Below are positions 11,701 to 22,424 of a stretch of 52,678 nucleotides of DNA, piece by piece (the stretch's first letter is position 1; each line of letters starts with the position of its first letter). The notes under the pieces were generated by a model. That model did no database searches and was not told the DNA's origin. It saw only the letters and a list, made by a program, of their open reading frames with translations. Origin of the DNA: Klebsormidium nitens. Its lineage: Eukaryota; Plantae; Klebsormidiophyceae. The translations under genes were made by a program, and so were the position numbers. The stretch spans positions 66,096 through 118,773 of the forward strand of contig DF237215.1 of assembly GCA_000708835.1 (NCBI GenBank), read 5' to 3'.

Positions 11701-14700
11701 GCCTGACTGCAGCAACCCGCAAGCTGCTCAAGCGCGCCCCCATCCCTGGAAGCCTTCCGCTGCAACTCACGCCCCTCGACTCGGGGGCTGAGTTCCTCGA
11801 ACCCCCTGCGGCGCTTGCTGAGATTGCATCGAAGGCTTACTTCGGGTACAGCCAAGCAGGGACTCCGTCCAAAACGCACGAATCGGGGAGCAGAGGCCCT
11901 TTGGCTGAAGCTCATGGGGGGGGAGATGAGCAAGATCCGGCGGGAAGTAGCGGACTTGAGGAGCGATCGAGTGGGACAAGGATCGATCCGGACGCAGAAG
12001 CGCTGCTGTCCGGAAACGGTCCGAGCGTGTCCGCACTCTGGGCGCTCATCTGCCACCTGCGCCGGCTCAAAGTGGCCGCCGAGATGCTGCCACGTGGCGA
12101 GCTGTCGTCGTACGCGGTGTACCGGGGATCCCTCCGCCTGGACGGCCAAACGCTGCAGAACCTCGAGCTGCTGCAAAATGCTGCGGACGGCGGCCGGGCG
12201 GGGACGCTTCTCGCGAATTTAGACAGCTGCGTGACCGCGCAGGGGAAGCGGCTCCTGCGCCGTTGGATCTGCCATCCGAGCAGATCGACGGCCCAGATCG
12301 TGTCCCGGCAGGACGGGGTGGAGGAGCTGGTGGCGAGGCCGGAGCTAGCACGGGCTGTGCGGGAAGAGCTAAGGAAGCTGCCGGATCTGGAGAGGTTGCT
12401 TGGGAGGGTTAAGGCAATGGCGTCGGCGCCAGCTGCAATATCGTACTTTGCGGCGCAGACGCACCAGAAACATGTAAGAAAGTCTTCTGTTTTGTAAGTT
12501 GACTTTGGTATCTGGCTCGAGCCCGTTCGACGGATTGCGAATGTCAGTCTGTCGATCTCGGGCGAGTGCCTTTTGCAGACTACTCAGGGGCTGTTAACCC
12601 TTGCACTGGCGGGATTGTATATTCAACCTCCACGAACGAAGCTCGAGCCACTGCTCGTACGAGCTGTTCAAAGTAGGCTGAATCTGCTTGCACAACGGTG
12701 TGATGCTGTAAAACGAAGTTCCCGGTCATAAGAACGCAAGTCTCTGTTGCGAACGATTTCAGGATTGTGTCTGTCTGACAGTGGGGTTTAAAGCTTGGCC
12801 GCCTGGAAATGTATGCAACTTGACATGCACGGACAACGATACGGACCGACCTAAGAGCAGCGCTTCATTGCCTGCGTTTACTTGCTTGACGGACGTTGAA
12901 CACTCTGGAGTCTTTATGGGGTTTGTCTGTTACCTTTGGTGCCTTTTTCTTTCTTGACAGACGACTCGTGCGAAACGGATGAGGCACTACGTCGGGGCTT
13001 AGCCGAGGGCGATGTTAGAGGGACGAAATGCCGCTGGAGTAAACAACTCCGTGCCCTTGCCTTCGCACCTTCCCTGAACATTTTTTGCGTTCCTCTTCCA
13101 GGTCTCCACTTTCTGCGCCACCCTGGGCGGCCTTCAGCAAGCCTGTGCGGCGCTGACGTCACTCCACGCCCTACCGGACTCTGCTCGCGTCATCCTCAAG
13201 CCGTTCATTAGACCGGAAGAAGTCCGGCTCGTCTCCGAGTCCTTCGACGAGCTGACGTCATTCTTCGACTGGCCCAAGCCCGGTGCAAAAGACCGCGCCC
13301 CGAAGCTGAACCTCAAGCGGGCGGAGGACAGTTCGTCCGGTAAGGCGGCGCCCGAAACTTCGGCGGGAAAGCGAGCGTCCAAAAAGGGGAAGAAGGCAAA
13401 GGCGGAAGACGACGAAGATCCTCTCGGCAGAGAAGTGAAGGCGCTCTCGAGAATAGTCGAAGTTTTCGCGGACCGGAGGCTTGCCACGTGGGGTTCGCTG
13501 ATTGGCGAGGCCCTGGCCCGGGTCGACGTTCTTGTCGCGTTCGCAGCTGCGGCCATGGCGGCAGACGGGCCCACGTGTCGCCCTGTCTTCGTGGACAAAA
13601 CCGCACCGGATTTTGCGCCACATTGTGCGCCGGCATCTGAGCGGGGCAGCGCCGCCGGGCTCGGGCCGAGCCTGGCAACGCCCTCGCCTTCGCCCAGGCG
13701 GACGGGCGCACCCCCCGAGAGGGATCCCTCTGCGGGAGGTGACGTCAGCGGGCGAGAATCAATCGGGGACGGGTTGCCGGAGGAGTGTCAGACGCCTGTT
13801 TCGGAGAGCGGATCAGAGCGTCCGAATGGCGGCGCCGTGTTGCAGATTGAGGGTCTGTGGCACCCGTATGCGATTGGGGGCGGTGGGGGCACGTTTGTGC
13901 CGAACGATCTGACTCTCGGGGGACCGAACTCTGGCGCCGACTTGGATACTTCACAGCCACGTGGCACGCTCTCGGCGAGCCCACGTGGCATGCTCCTGAC
14001 GGGCCCCAACATGGGCGGCAAGTCGACGCTGCTGCGCGCCACGTGCCTAGCCGTCATCATGGCGCAGCTCGGGTGCCGCGTCCCGGCGGAGAAATGCTCG
14101 CTCTCCCTAGTTGACACGATCTTCACGCGGCTCGGCGCGAGCGACCGGATCTTTTCGGGCGAGAGCACGTTTCTGGTGGAGTGCAGCGAGGCGGCCAGCG
14201 TGCTGCGGCACGCGACGGCGGACTCGCTGGTCGTATTGGACGAGCTCGGCCGCGGGACGTCCACGTTTGACGGCTATTCCATAGCGTATGCGGTGAGTGG
14301 GTCCTTATGGACCGTTGCTGCGCTGCTCAGGCCGGACCGGAGTTCCGAGCCTATCGCTCTTCACCGGATCTGTGAAGACTGTACTTTTCAGGAGGGATTT
14401 TTGGAGCACAGAAGCTTTGCAAGCTGAGGTCGGAACGGACGGGCTTCATAGCAGCTTACTTGACTATTCACTAGGTCAGATACTTGCAACCTTACCCGTA
14501 TCCAGTTTTGTGGTATTTCAGTGCTTCGTGCGTCTGTCCGATGCATACCGCCAGTGTCCTTGCAGGGACCCGCAAGACTCTCGTTTCATTCTGAATCTGG
14601 CTCAAACAATCTGAATCAACCCAGGCACTCAGCAGAGACCACGATCACTTCGAAACGTGCCCTTTCGTGCAGGTGTCTTCAACGTGACAAAGACCCTCTT

Positions 14701-15558
14701 GTCTGAATCCCGCCCCCTATCGTCCTACCTGTTGCTTGGTTTTTCCGGGCCGATCCCGTCCCGACTGAAAACTACACCACAAGCATTTCCGGTACTCTCG
14801 TCGAATGAAATTCCTGACTCCTATCAGAAACACACGGCTGAAAAAGCATTCAAAACACATTGCAGGTCCTGAAGCACCTGAGCGAGGCGCTGGACTGCCG
14901 CCTGCTCTTCGCCACGCACTACCACCCCCTCACCGCCGAGTTCGCCTCCAGTCCCCGCATCACGCTCGCCCACATGGCCTGCCAAATGCTTCTCGACGGA
15001 GCGCCCAGCAAAACCCCCCGCGGTGACGCCGAAACGCTTGCTGACGTCAGCGCACTCAGTGATCGCCACGTGTCGCTACCAGAGGCGGACGACGACAACC
15101 TGCAGAAGGAGGGGCAGCTGGTGTTCCTGTACAAGCTGCGGCCGGGCCCGTGTCCAAAATCGTACGGCCTCCAGGTTGCCACGTTGGCAGGGATCCCGCG
15201 GTCAATTGTCCGAGCAGCCGCAGCGGCGGCCCGGGTGATGGAGTCGAAACTAGACAGGGCGTTCAGCGGAGCCGGCAGGCGGGGGCTGGAGTTGCCATGC
15301 CGGAAAGAGTCGGCCTCGGAAGACGGGTGTTTCGGACGGCCTTCGGACAGCAGTGGTCGTCTTGATTCAGCAGAGGACGGGTCAGCGAAAGAAGATGCCG
15401 GTTGTGAGAATCTGACGGGAAGCGAGCTGCGTATCGCCCGAACACTGCTTAGGCAAGGTCTAAGTGGCGGCATTGGATCCATGTTAGGGTCCCGGGCGGA
15501 TGAGGAGTCAGCACACGGAAGTCTCGTCCAGACGTGGCAGGAATTGCAGGCCCAGTAA
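8726..15558 (+). CDS. MSH7: MutS homolog 7; exons 8726-9272, 9908-10164, 10655-11032, 11667-12473, 13102-14292, 14866-15558, ~1290 aa
   Basis: N-terminus [14 protein letters not shown]; [27 protein letters not shown]|VG; Walker [13 protein letters not shown]; Walker [14 protein letters not shown]; LFATHY; [10 protein letters not shown]. No Tudor/PWWP is visible and the lever/clamp region is short. All exon phases sum in frame. Confidence 0.88.
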
Positions 15559-16593
15559 AGACGACTCTTCCACGCATCTTGCTAAAAAAACAGATTTGTG
15601 AATTATTACTAAGGGTGCAGGCTGTTGTGCGGTCTCGTTAAAATGGTCTTCAAATCTTGTAGAACTCACGGCACGCATGAGACTGATATTTCAGTGAGCG
15701 GGAGCCCCAGATGCAGCAAGTAAGCGTACATGACCTCCATCATGGCCTGAACATGGAATGCAAGCGAGCAACTTGCTTGCAGAGAAACAACGTTCTTAAA
15801 TGTTCTCTCGCCATAGAGGGAGTTATTGGTAGGTACGACATCGATGCAGGGTGCTCGGACTAGGCGATACTCACTGATCAGTTTCACCACTCGACCCATG
15901 GGCACTCCCGAAGGTATCTTCTCAACATCGAGAGTCTCATCCCCTTCATTAATTGAGTTGTTGAGCTGTTTGAGACAAGTCTCGGTCCTAGTAGGGATAA
16001 GTGTACCATTAGTGAACTATAATATATCTTGCTCGAATGGATGTTAAAAAAGATGGCAATTAATGATCGACGAATTCTCGCTTGATTAGTACGTGTTGGT
16101 GCTATTGTCGCCAGAGCCTGAATGCAGCAATCTGGGGTACTAATTATAACACGTCACTGATCGTGCCGACCGTCACATCTGTGTAGATCATACGTACCAC
16201 GTGATCCACCATCATTGTGTGTTACGTACCAACGAGTTAAGTCCGACTCATTGAATGCATGATACAAGGTCAAAAGCTTGATTAATGTACGTTGCCTATC
16301 TCATGCAACCATCGCAGTACGCAACGAGCTGCTGACACCAAGCTAGACTCACGTACACTCGATCAAACCTTTAAAAGCGACCCAATACTTTTAGTACATC
16401 ACGACGTTTGTCTCAGCCTCGGCAGCTTGAGGTGGACCTGGCATCATCTTTTTCCTTACATCTACCAAATTTTTGATGCTTTGACGCAATATTCTTGGGC
16501 AACACTGTCAAAACCTGAATCTAGCAGAACATCTCCAAGGCCTCTTAGCTGAATTAATTGCATCATATTGGCTTGGAAGTCGTCGAGCTTTTC

Positions 16594-16805
16594 TTGACCT
16601 TTCAAGTTTGGAGGGTGATCACAAGCACGAGGGTGTGCTGACGCCATCATTGACCTCTCAAGTTGGAGAGTAATCACAAGCACGGGGGTGTGCTGACGCC
16701 ATCATTGATCTCTCAAGTTGGAGAGTAATCAAAAGCACGAGGGTGTCATCATTGACCTCTCAAGTTGGAGAGTAATCAAAAGCACGAGGGTGTGCTGACG
16801 CCATC
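16594..16805. repeat. Tandem repeat of ~4 copies of a 55-bp unit overlapping the stop codon of the gene at 16776-21165
   Basis: Unit ttgacctctcaagttggagagtaatca(c/a)aagcacgagggtgtgctgacgccatca starts at 16594, 16650, 16705 and 16752. The third copy has an 8-bp deletion. Confidence 0.92.
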
Positions 16806-19800
16806 GATGACGATGTCAGGGCCGCACTGACCGGGGCAGCATCTCATGGTCACCCCGGCTGCGTTGCAGCACTTGTTCGGCAACGGTCCGAATGGGTCGC
16901 AAAAGTCGTTGGTGCAGCTCTGAAGCGGTCCTGCAAAAGGCAGCATCTTTGCGGGTCAGTGACCGAATTTGAGATAACAGAAAGTTAAGGGCGGCTGATG
17001 ATGTGGAAAGTCCCCCCCGTTACTTTATTACGTCATGTATAGGTGACCACTGACAGTGTTGCTGATCAGTGCATGCGTAAGAGCGACGTCGCAAGCAATA
17101 ACTGTCGGTGTTGTTTGCTCAGTTGTCCCATTAGCATACTGGCCGCATACCTGCCCCTTAGGTCCATCTAAGCTTCTGACAGCAATCGACTGGCCCGGTT
17201 TTCAGCTTTCTGATCTGATGACGTCATGAGCTACCGCCCTGAGGGTTCCTTATCGGTGCCAATATGCCTGTCACTCAGCTTCGAAGCCAGTTCGACCCCG
17301 CTCAAAAAAAGCCATCCGTGAGCCTGAGTCAAAAGCCGAAGCTTGGTCCGAAAGCGCAGATGAGAGCGAAGACGAAGTTTTTTGAAAGACGGGGAAACAG
17401 CATACCGTATGAGAAGAGCAAATGCATTACTCAGACGGCGTCTGCACTATTATTAACCGGCTCAGATTCACTATGGCAGCAAATCTGCCTGTACCTTGCA
17501 CTTCGATAAGGAGCAAGTTTACAATCCTGAACGGTTATCAACCGACTAAACCGGACCTGTTGGAGCAGGAGTTGGCGCAGGGGTTGGAGCCGGAGTAGTA
17601 GGAGCCGGAGTAGTAGGAACCGGGGTGGTAGGAGCCGGGGTAGTGGGGACAGGCCCGGGGGTAGCGCCGCCGCTACCGAAGCCGAGGCATGTTGGGTTCG
17701 TGGTCCCGTCAGAGTTGGGCGTACTGGGGCCGCAGAGACCGGGGCAGCGGAGGCCGAGGGATCCCTCGGAGTTGCAGCACCGGTTGGGAGCGGAGCTGGC
17801 GGTGTCGCAGCGGTCGGCGCAGGTGGAGATAGGACCCGGGGTAGGAGCTGGGGTGGTGGGTACCGGGGTGGTCGGAGCCGGGGTGGTGGGAGCCGGGGTG
17901 GTGTGTACCGGGGTGGTGGGAGCCGGGGTGGTGGGAGCCGGGGTGGTGGGTACGGCCGGGGTGGTGGGTACGGCCGGGGTGGTGGGAACCGGGGTGGTGG
18001 GAACCGGGGTGGTGGGAGCCGGGGTGAAAGTCGTGGGCCCGGGGGTTGGTGCAATCACTGAGCACAAAGCAACGCAGTTGATCAGCTGCACTACCTAGGT
18101 CCACTAAAAGCATTGCATAAACATGGAACATGACCTACGCGTGGAGCAATTTAACAAAGACTGGCTTGAGATGGTTAGCCTGCGTCAGCTGAACAATTAG
18201 CGGCTGTCTGATCAAGTGAAGTTGTTGCATGTGCTTTAATCAGCAGTCATGATCGACAGGACGGATTTGATCTGCTTCAGTGGGGAAGGGAAATCGACGT
18301 CACGCTGAAGTCCAGAAAACGTCAGCCAAAACTCCCAGTGGGCGTGTTGCTTTCAAATGCTGCCACGTACGTTGATTGAAAGCTAGCTTGGGCTCACTTT
18401 TCTGCGGCATCGACATAGCTCAGAATCTGAGGAGCCCTTCATCCAAAAGCATGCCTGCAAAGCCTTCTGCTTGATGCCCAGATCACATGAGTTGCTAAAC
18501 ATTTGGAATCTGAGTTCCAAATGCCACGTCATATCAAGTAAGGTGCGAGCTCACCAATGCTCCTGCCCACAACGTAGACAACTGAGTCAAGTTCGAAGTC
18601 CAGTGCATCCGCTATGGCCAATCTGCATGTATGGAACACAGGAAGGTTTGGCGATATTAATCAGGTTTGATAACCAGACTTTAGTGTGGTTCTTTGACCA
18701 ATAACCGCGTTAAGCCATGCTAAAGCCGTGATTAATACTGCTCGAGTCAGGTTATTGGACACTCAACCAGCACTGAACCAGCCCGTCACCAACTATTTTC
18801 AACCGCCAAAAGTCCCTCATGTGCCACGAAGCACGCAAGTGTTCCAGTGACTTCAGTACAGCCCAGTCAATTTCACCTTAGTGTTGGACCTGGATTAAAG
18901 AGAAGCAGGCAAGATTTAACTGCGGATGTCCACATTCACTGGCCGAGGAGTAGTAGACCTACGTAACATTGATTGAGTGCAAAGACATTCGAACTTCGGT
19001 CCGGCCGGGTTTACGTGCTGCAAGGTTAGTATATAGCGACCAACTCGTAACAGCCGGAGATTTGCTCCCCGTTCCTTCTTCGCTGCTTAGATAAAGATGA
19101 CAACTTGGGCTCGCGCAAGAAGAGCCCAAACACTCTGAGGAGACATGATTGGAGGATTAGATTATTGGGCGTTCATTTACCTGATGTGTACAGTGTCTCC
19201 CATAGAGACGGAGATAGGAGCAGTTGTGAGAAGTCTCGTGTAGCCATCGTACGCAATGTGATGTGTGCTATTGTCAGCAAAGTTGTCCACATACTGTGCG
19301 GCATTGCTGTTAGGATTGACATTGTCGATGGATACGGCCTTTCCATCACTTGCCAGGGCCACGTTATCACGGGGTGTAAAGGCGCCGTTCCCCACTGTAC
19401 CGAAAAGAGAGGCAGCAATCAGATTGGCAGAAAGATGGCTGAAAGCAAATTGTTGCAGACCAGAGGGCTTCTAAAAGGCAGATGATTCAGAAACGGAGGG
19501 CTAGATTGGAGCAGACAAAAGGAACACGTGATGTTGAAGAATGTTTGCTTGACAAAGCGGACGGGAAGCAGACAAAGTATAGGGGAGGAGAAGGCTAGAG
19601 AATAAGAGAGCAGTGAAAAGAGTAAAGCAGAGTAAGGGGGGGGGGGGAGAGAAGACAGCTTAGATGTGGGTAGTTAAGTAGAACCATTTTGCAGACGGGT
19701 GATTGGCAGGTTACTTTTGAGAGAAACAGAGCAAAGAAATCAGACCCATCCAGATCCAAGATGCAGGGCCCAACGTGACATGCTTCTTAAAGAATTTGTG

Positions 19801-21165
19801 CGCTGCAAATACTGCAGAGAGAAATGAAAAGCAACGTCATGGAGGCTGCAAGTTGAGAACTTGCCTTCGATCGTTGCAGATTGGGTTTCAAGTCCTTGTC
19901 CAATCAGCTTGAGGCAAGACTATTGGATATTAGAGTACAATCATTCAGAAGGGGGAATTGACATATAGCCACTCACAGCCTCTCATACTCACCTTGTAAC
20001 CGAGAATCATCGAAATATGATTGGAACTCACCTTTCACAAAGAGCGCAAAGATGTCATTGAATGCGTCGACATACTCCAAGTACTCTTCCGACCCAAACA
20101 CATATTGGAATGTGAGCTGGCCATTGCCTTGTGCGGTCCCTTTGAAGTCCAGGATCGAGGCATCATTGGTCGTGCCATTGTTGATCTGGCTCAACAATGA
20201 GTCTCCAGGTTCGCCATTGATTGTAAAGCTGCTCTCCGCGAGGTTCTCGGTCTCAATGGACAGTTCTCCAGAGCCACACGTCAGCACCACTCCGCTGGAA
20301 ATGCCATATTCAGAGTTCAAGGCGTGCGAGCCGTCGAGTTGGAAGATGCCGGAAGCAGAGGTTGCCCCCGTATACACAACGGAAGACGCATCAACAGCGA
20401 GGAGACTGTTGGCTCCGACAAGAGTCGTGGCCAGACCTGGAAGAGTAAAACGGGCTCAATGTCAGATTAACTAGGGACACACATTGACACTATCAGTTCT
20501 TGTTACGTAAATAAGCAGGCGTAAAAGGGGTCTCAGTGTCCAGATCTGGCAGGTACACAATTGAAGGCGACACACGCAGGTGACATCAGCCTTCTAAGCG
20601 GATTGTGCTCAAGGACAGACTCTGTAATTCTACTTTGTCGAGGCAAAATGTCAAACTTCTCTGAGCTGCATGGTAGTCGGAGACTGCATGAATCCCTTCA
20701 GGAAAGAAAGTCTGCTTACGTATGACAAGAAGTTTACAAGGTGCGCTTATTGCTTATTGATTCTGTTGTCAGGATGACGTCAGATTAAATTACAAGCATC
20801 CGACTGGTTTGGGATTTGAGAGCTGCACATCGTGTGAATAGATGTAGGCAGTGTCTCACAAGCAAGCCTGCACGCAAGTGTCTCATAGATGACACACCGG
20901 CAGTAAACCTACCCAAAGCATCGGTAGCCTCCACAAACGAGTTGGCCAACAAACGGCGCTCAGCTCCAGTGCTCGTCCTCAGGATGGTCGCCTTTTGGCG
21001 TGCCGGCTGAATCAATGTTGCCTTGCCAGCGCCGCTCGCTATCTCGCTCAGGGGTCGCATGCCAAGCGCAGTTTCGCTAAGAAAGACGAGAATCAACAGG
21101 AGAACATACGAAGCCACCATAGCTGAGCTGGAGATCCTCGCGGTGGACAGCAGAGAGGGCGCCAT
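16776..21165 (-). CDS. Secreted protein: signal peptide, RRLL, choice-of-anchor L-like domain, PTTPA stalk, Cys module, stalk, Cys module; exons 21165-20913, 20436-20032, 19394-19181, 18622-18555, 18057-17557, 16930-16776, ~531 aa
   Basis: Hydrophobic VLLLILVFLSETALG; FQYVFGSEEYLEYVDAFNDIFALFV; NVAL..DGKAVSIDNVN; IAYDGYTRLLT; HIR|LAIADALDFELDSVVY. Phases 1,1,2,1,1 give one open frame. The exons at 18622 and 16930 are not in the ORF track. The last donor (GTCCGG) is weak. Confidence 0.82.
17560..18040 (-). repeat. Coding 15-bp repeat encoding PTTPA/PTTPV pentapeptides in two blocks flanking a Cys module
   Basis: Repeated ccggggtggtgggag on the + strand; translation PTTPVPTTPAVPTTPA on the - strand. 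Confidence 0.9.
19636..19647. repeat. G12 homopolymer in an intronic purine-rich tract
   Basis: Seen directly in the sequence. Confidence 0.9.
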
Positions 21166-22424
21166 TGATGTTGGTGCTCTACTTGTGCTGCAAGCTAGGA
21201 ATCATCAAGCTGGGCCCCTGGAAATGGCGCTAGATCTTTCGAGGAAGCAAACCCACTTGTCCAGATTCATCTTCAAAAATGCTCTCGGATTACTCTTCAA
21301 GCGAGCTGCTGAGACTCAGAGAGTACATTAGGTATATTGTATACGTACTACGAATGGAACTGGAAAGAATCGCCCTGCACTAAGGTGTCACATGTATCGT
21401 ATGCTGCACATGGTGTCCTTCAGCCCCGAACAGCTACCGGTAGTCACTTGCGCCGGCGGCGTGCGCCAATTGGCTGCCATGCAGTGCACTGAGACGGTAC
21501 GGTTACCGGTAGCTGCCAGTGCACGTGGCCGCCGCCCTCCGCCTTGCCGGCGGCAGCCCGGGGCTACATATCTACCGTACTACGTAGTACGCACGGTACA
21601 GGTAACAGGTTACAGCCTGAGGGCCCAGGCCCCTACTACGGTACGGTTACCGGTATACCAACGACGGAGTTCTGACATCGTCGGCTCCCAGGCCGACTGT
21701 TCTCCGGTCAGGATCGGCTGGACCTCTGAACCGGTCGGCTTGTGCGATCAGCCAAACACCTGATGATTCTAGCTGTCGGCTTTTCCGCCGACGCCCCTCG
21801 GTTGAGTCGTCGGCTGACGTTTGCCCGGTGTGACGGCTCGTGTCGAGCACTGATTATTATACGAACGTTGCAATTAGGGCCGGCGATCGGACTGACGGCA
21901 CTAAGTCCCACTGCACGGACAGCCCGCTATTTCCGGTAAGTCGGTTCAGGGATGCCCTCAAGCTGCCAGTTGGTAGTCCGATTGACTGAACCGTAATTTC
22001 CGTCCAGTCAACCGGTACGGAAGATCCGACCACACGCAGCTTCCAGTCGAAAGAATCTCAGCAGTGAGCACTGAGCAGGAGTCAGGACTAGGACTCGGGA
22101 GTCGGGAGTCGGGAGGATGCAGGGCACAATTTCGCGGGATCGCCCAATCCATACGTCGGCCCTCGGGCTGTGACTTGTGATGCGCAACCCCCTTTTTAGG
22201 GCGCGGGGCCGGCCTCCATGCGCATTGAGACTGAGTCGTGTCCGGACTCGCTCCTCAAAGATATTAGGGCATAAGTTGTGGGGTTGCTTACTCTGCAGTA
22301 CGTGGTGGCGCAGCGCCATTGGGTATTCGACCTTAGCGTCAAACAGGGTCAGTGAAAGGTCGGTCAAGCTAGTATATACGACTTGGCGACTGTGGGCCGA
22401 GGGCTTTGCCATCTCTCTCGTGCA
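21166..22424. promoter_or_regulatory. Divergent intergenic region between the two Cys-module genes, CpG/GTAC-rich with internal repeats
   Basis: Head-to-head ATGs at 21165 and 22425. An exact 18-bp repeat lies at 21494 and 21638 and a perfect 16-bp palindrome at 21576-21591. Regulatory role is inferred. Confidence 0.4.

Noticed and set aside
16594-16805. CRISPR-like array with hairpin-containing repeats
   Set aside because: The units are contiguous near-identical copies with no unique spacers, there are no cas genes, the context is eukaryotic, and the unit derives from a gene's stop region.
16779-17821. Cys module as a hevein/CBM18 chitin-binding domain
   Set aside because: It shares CC-x3-G but lacks the S-x2-G-[YW]-CG aromatic signature and has an extra x4-CC segment. 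A remote relationship cannot be excluded without a structure comparison.
17431-18131. Alternative-frame ORFs (PPPR, HHPG and VVGAG repeats)
   Set aside because: These are by-products of the 15-bp repeat. Only the PTTPA frame joins the flanking exons in phase.
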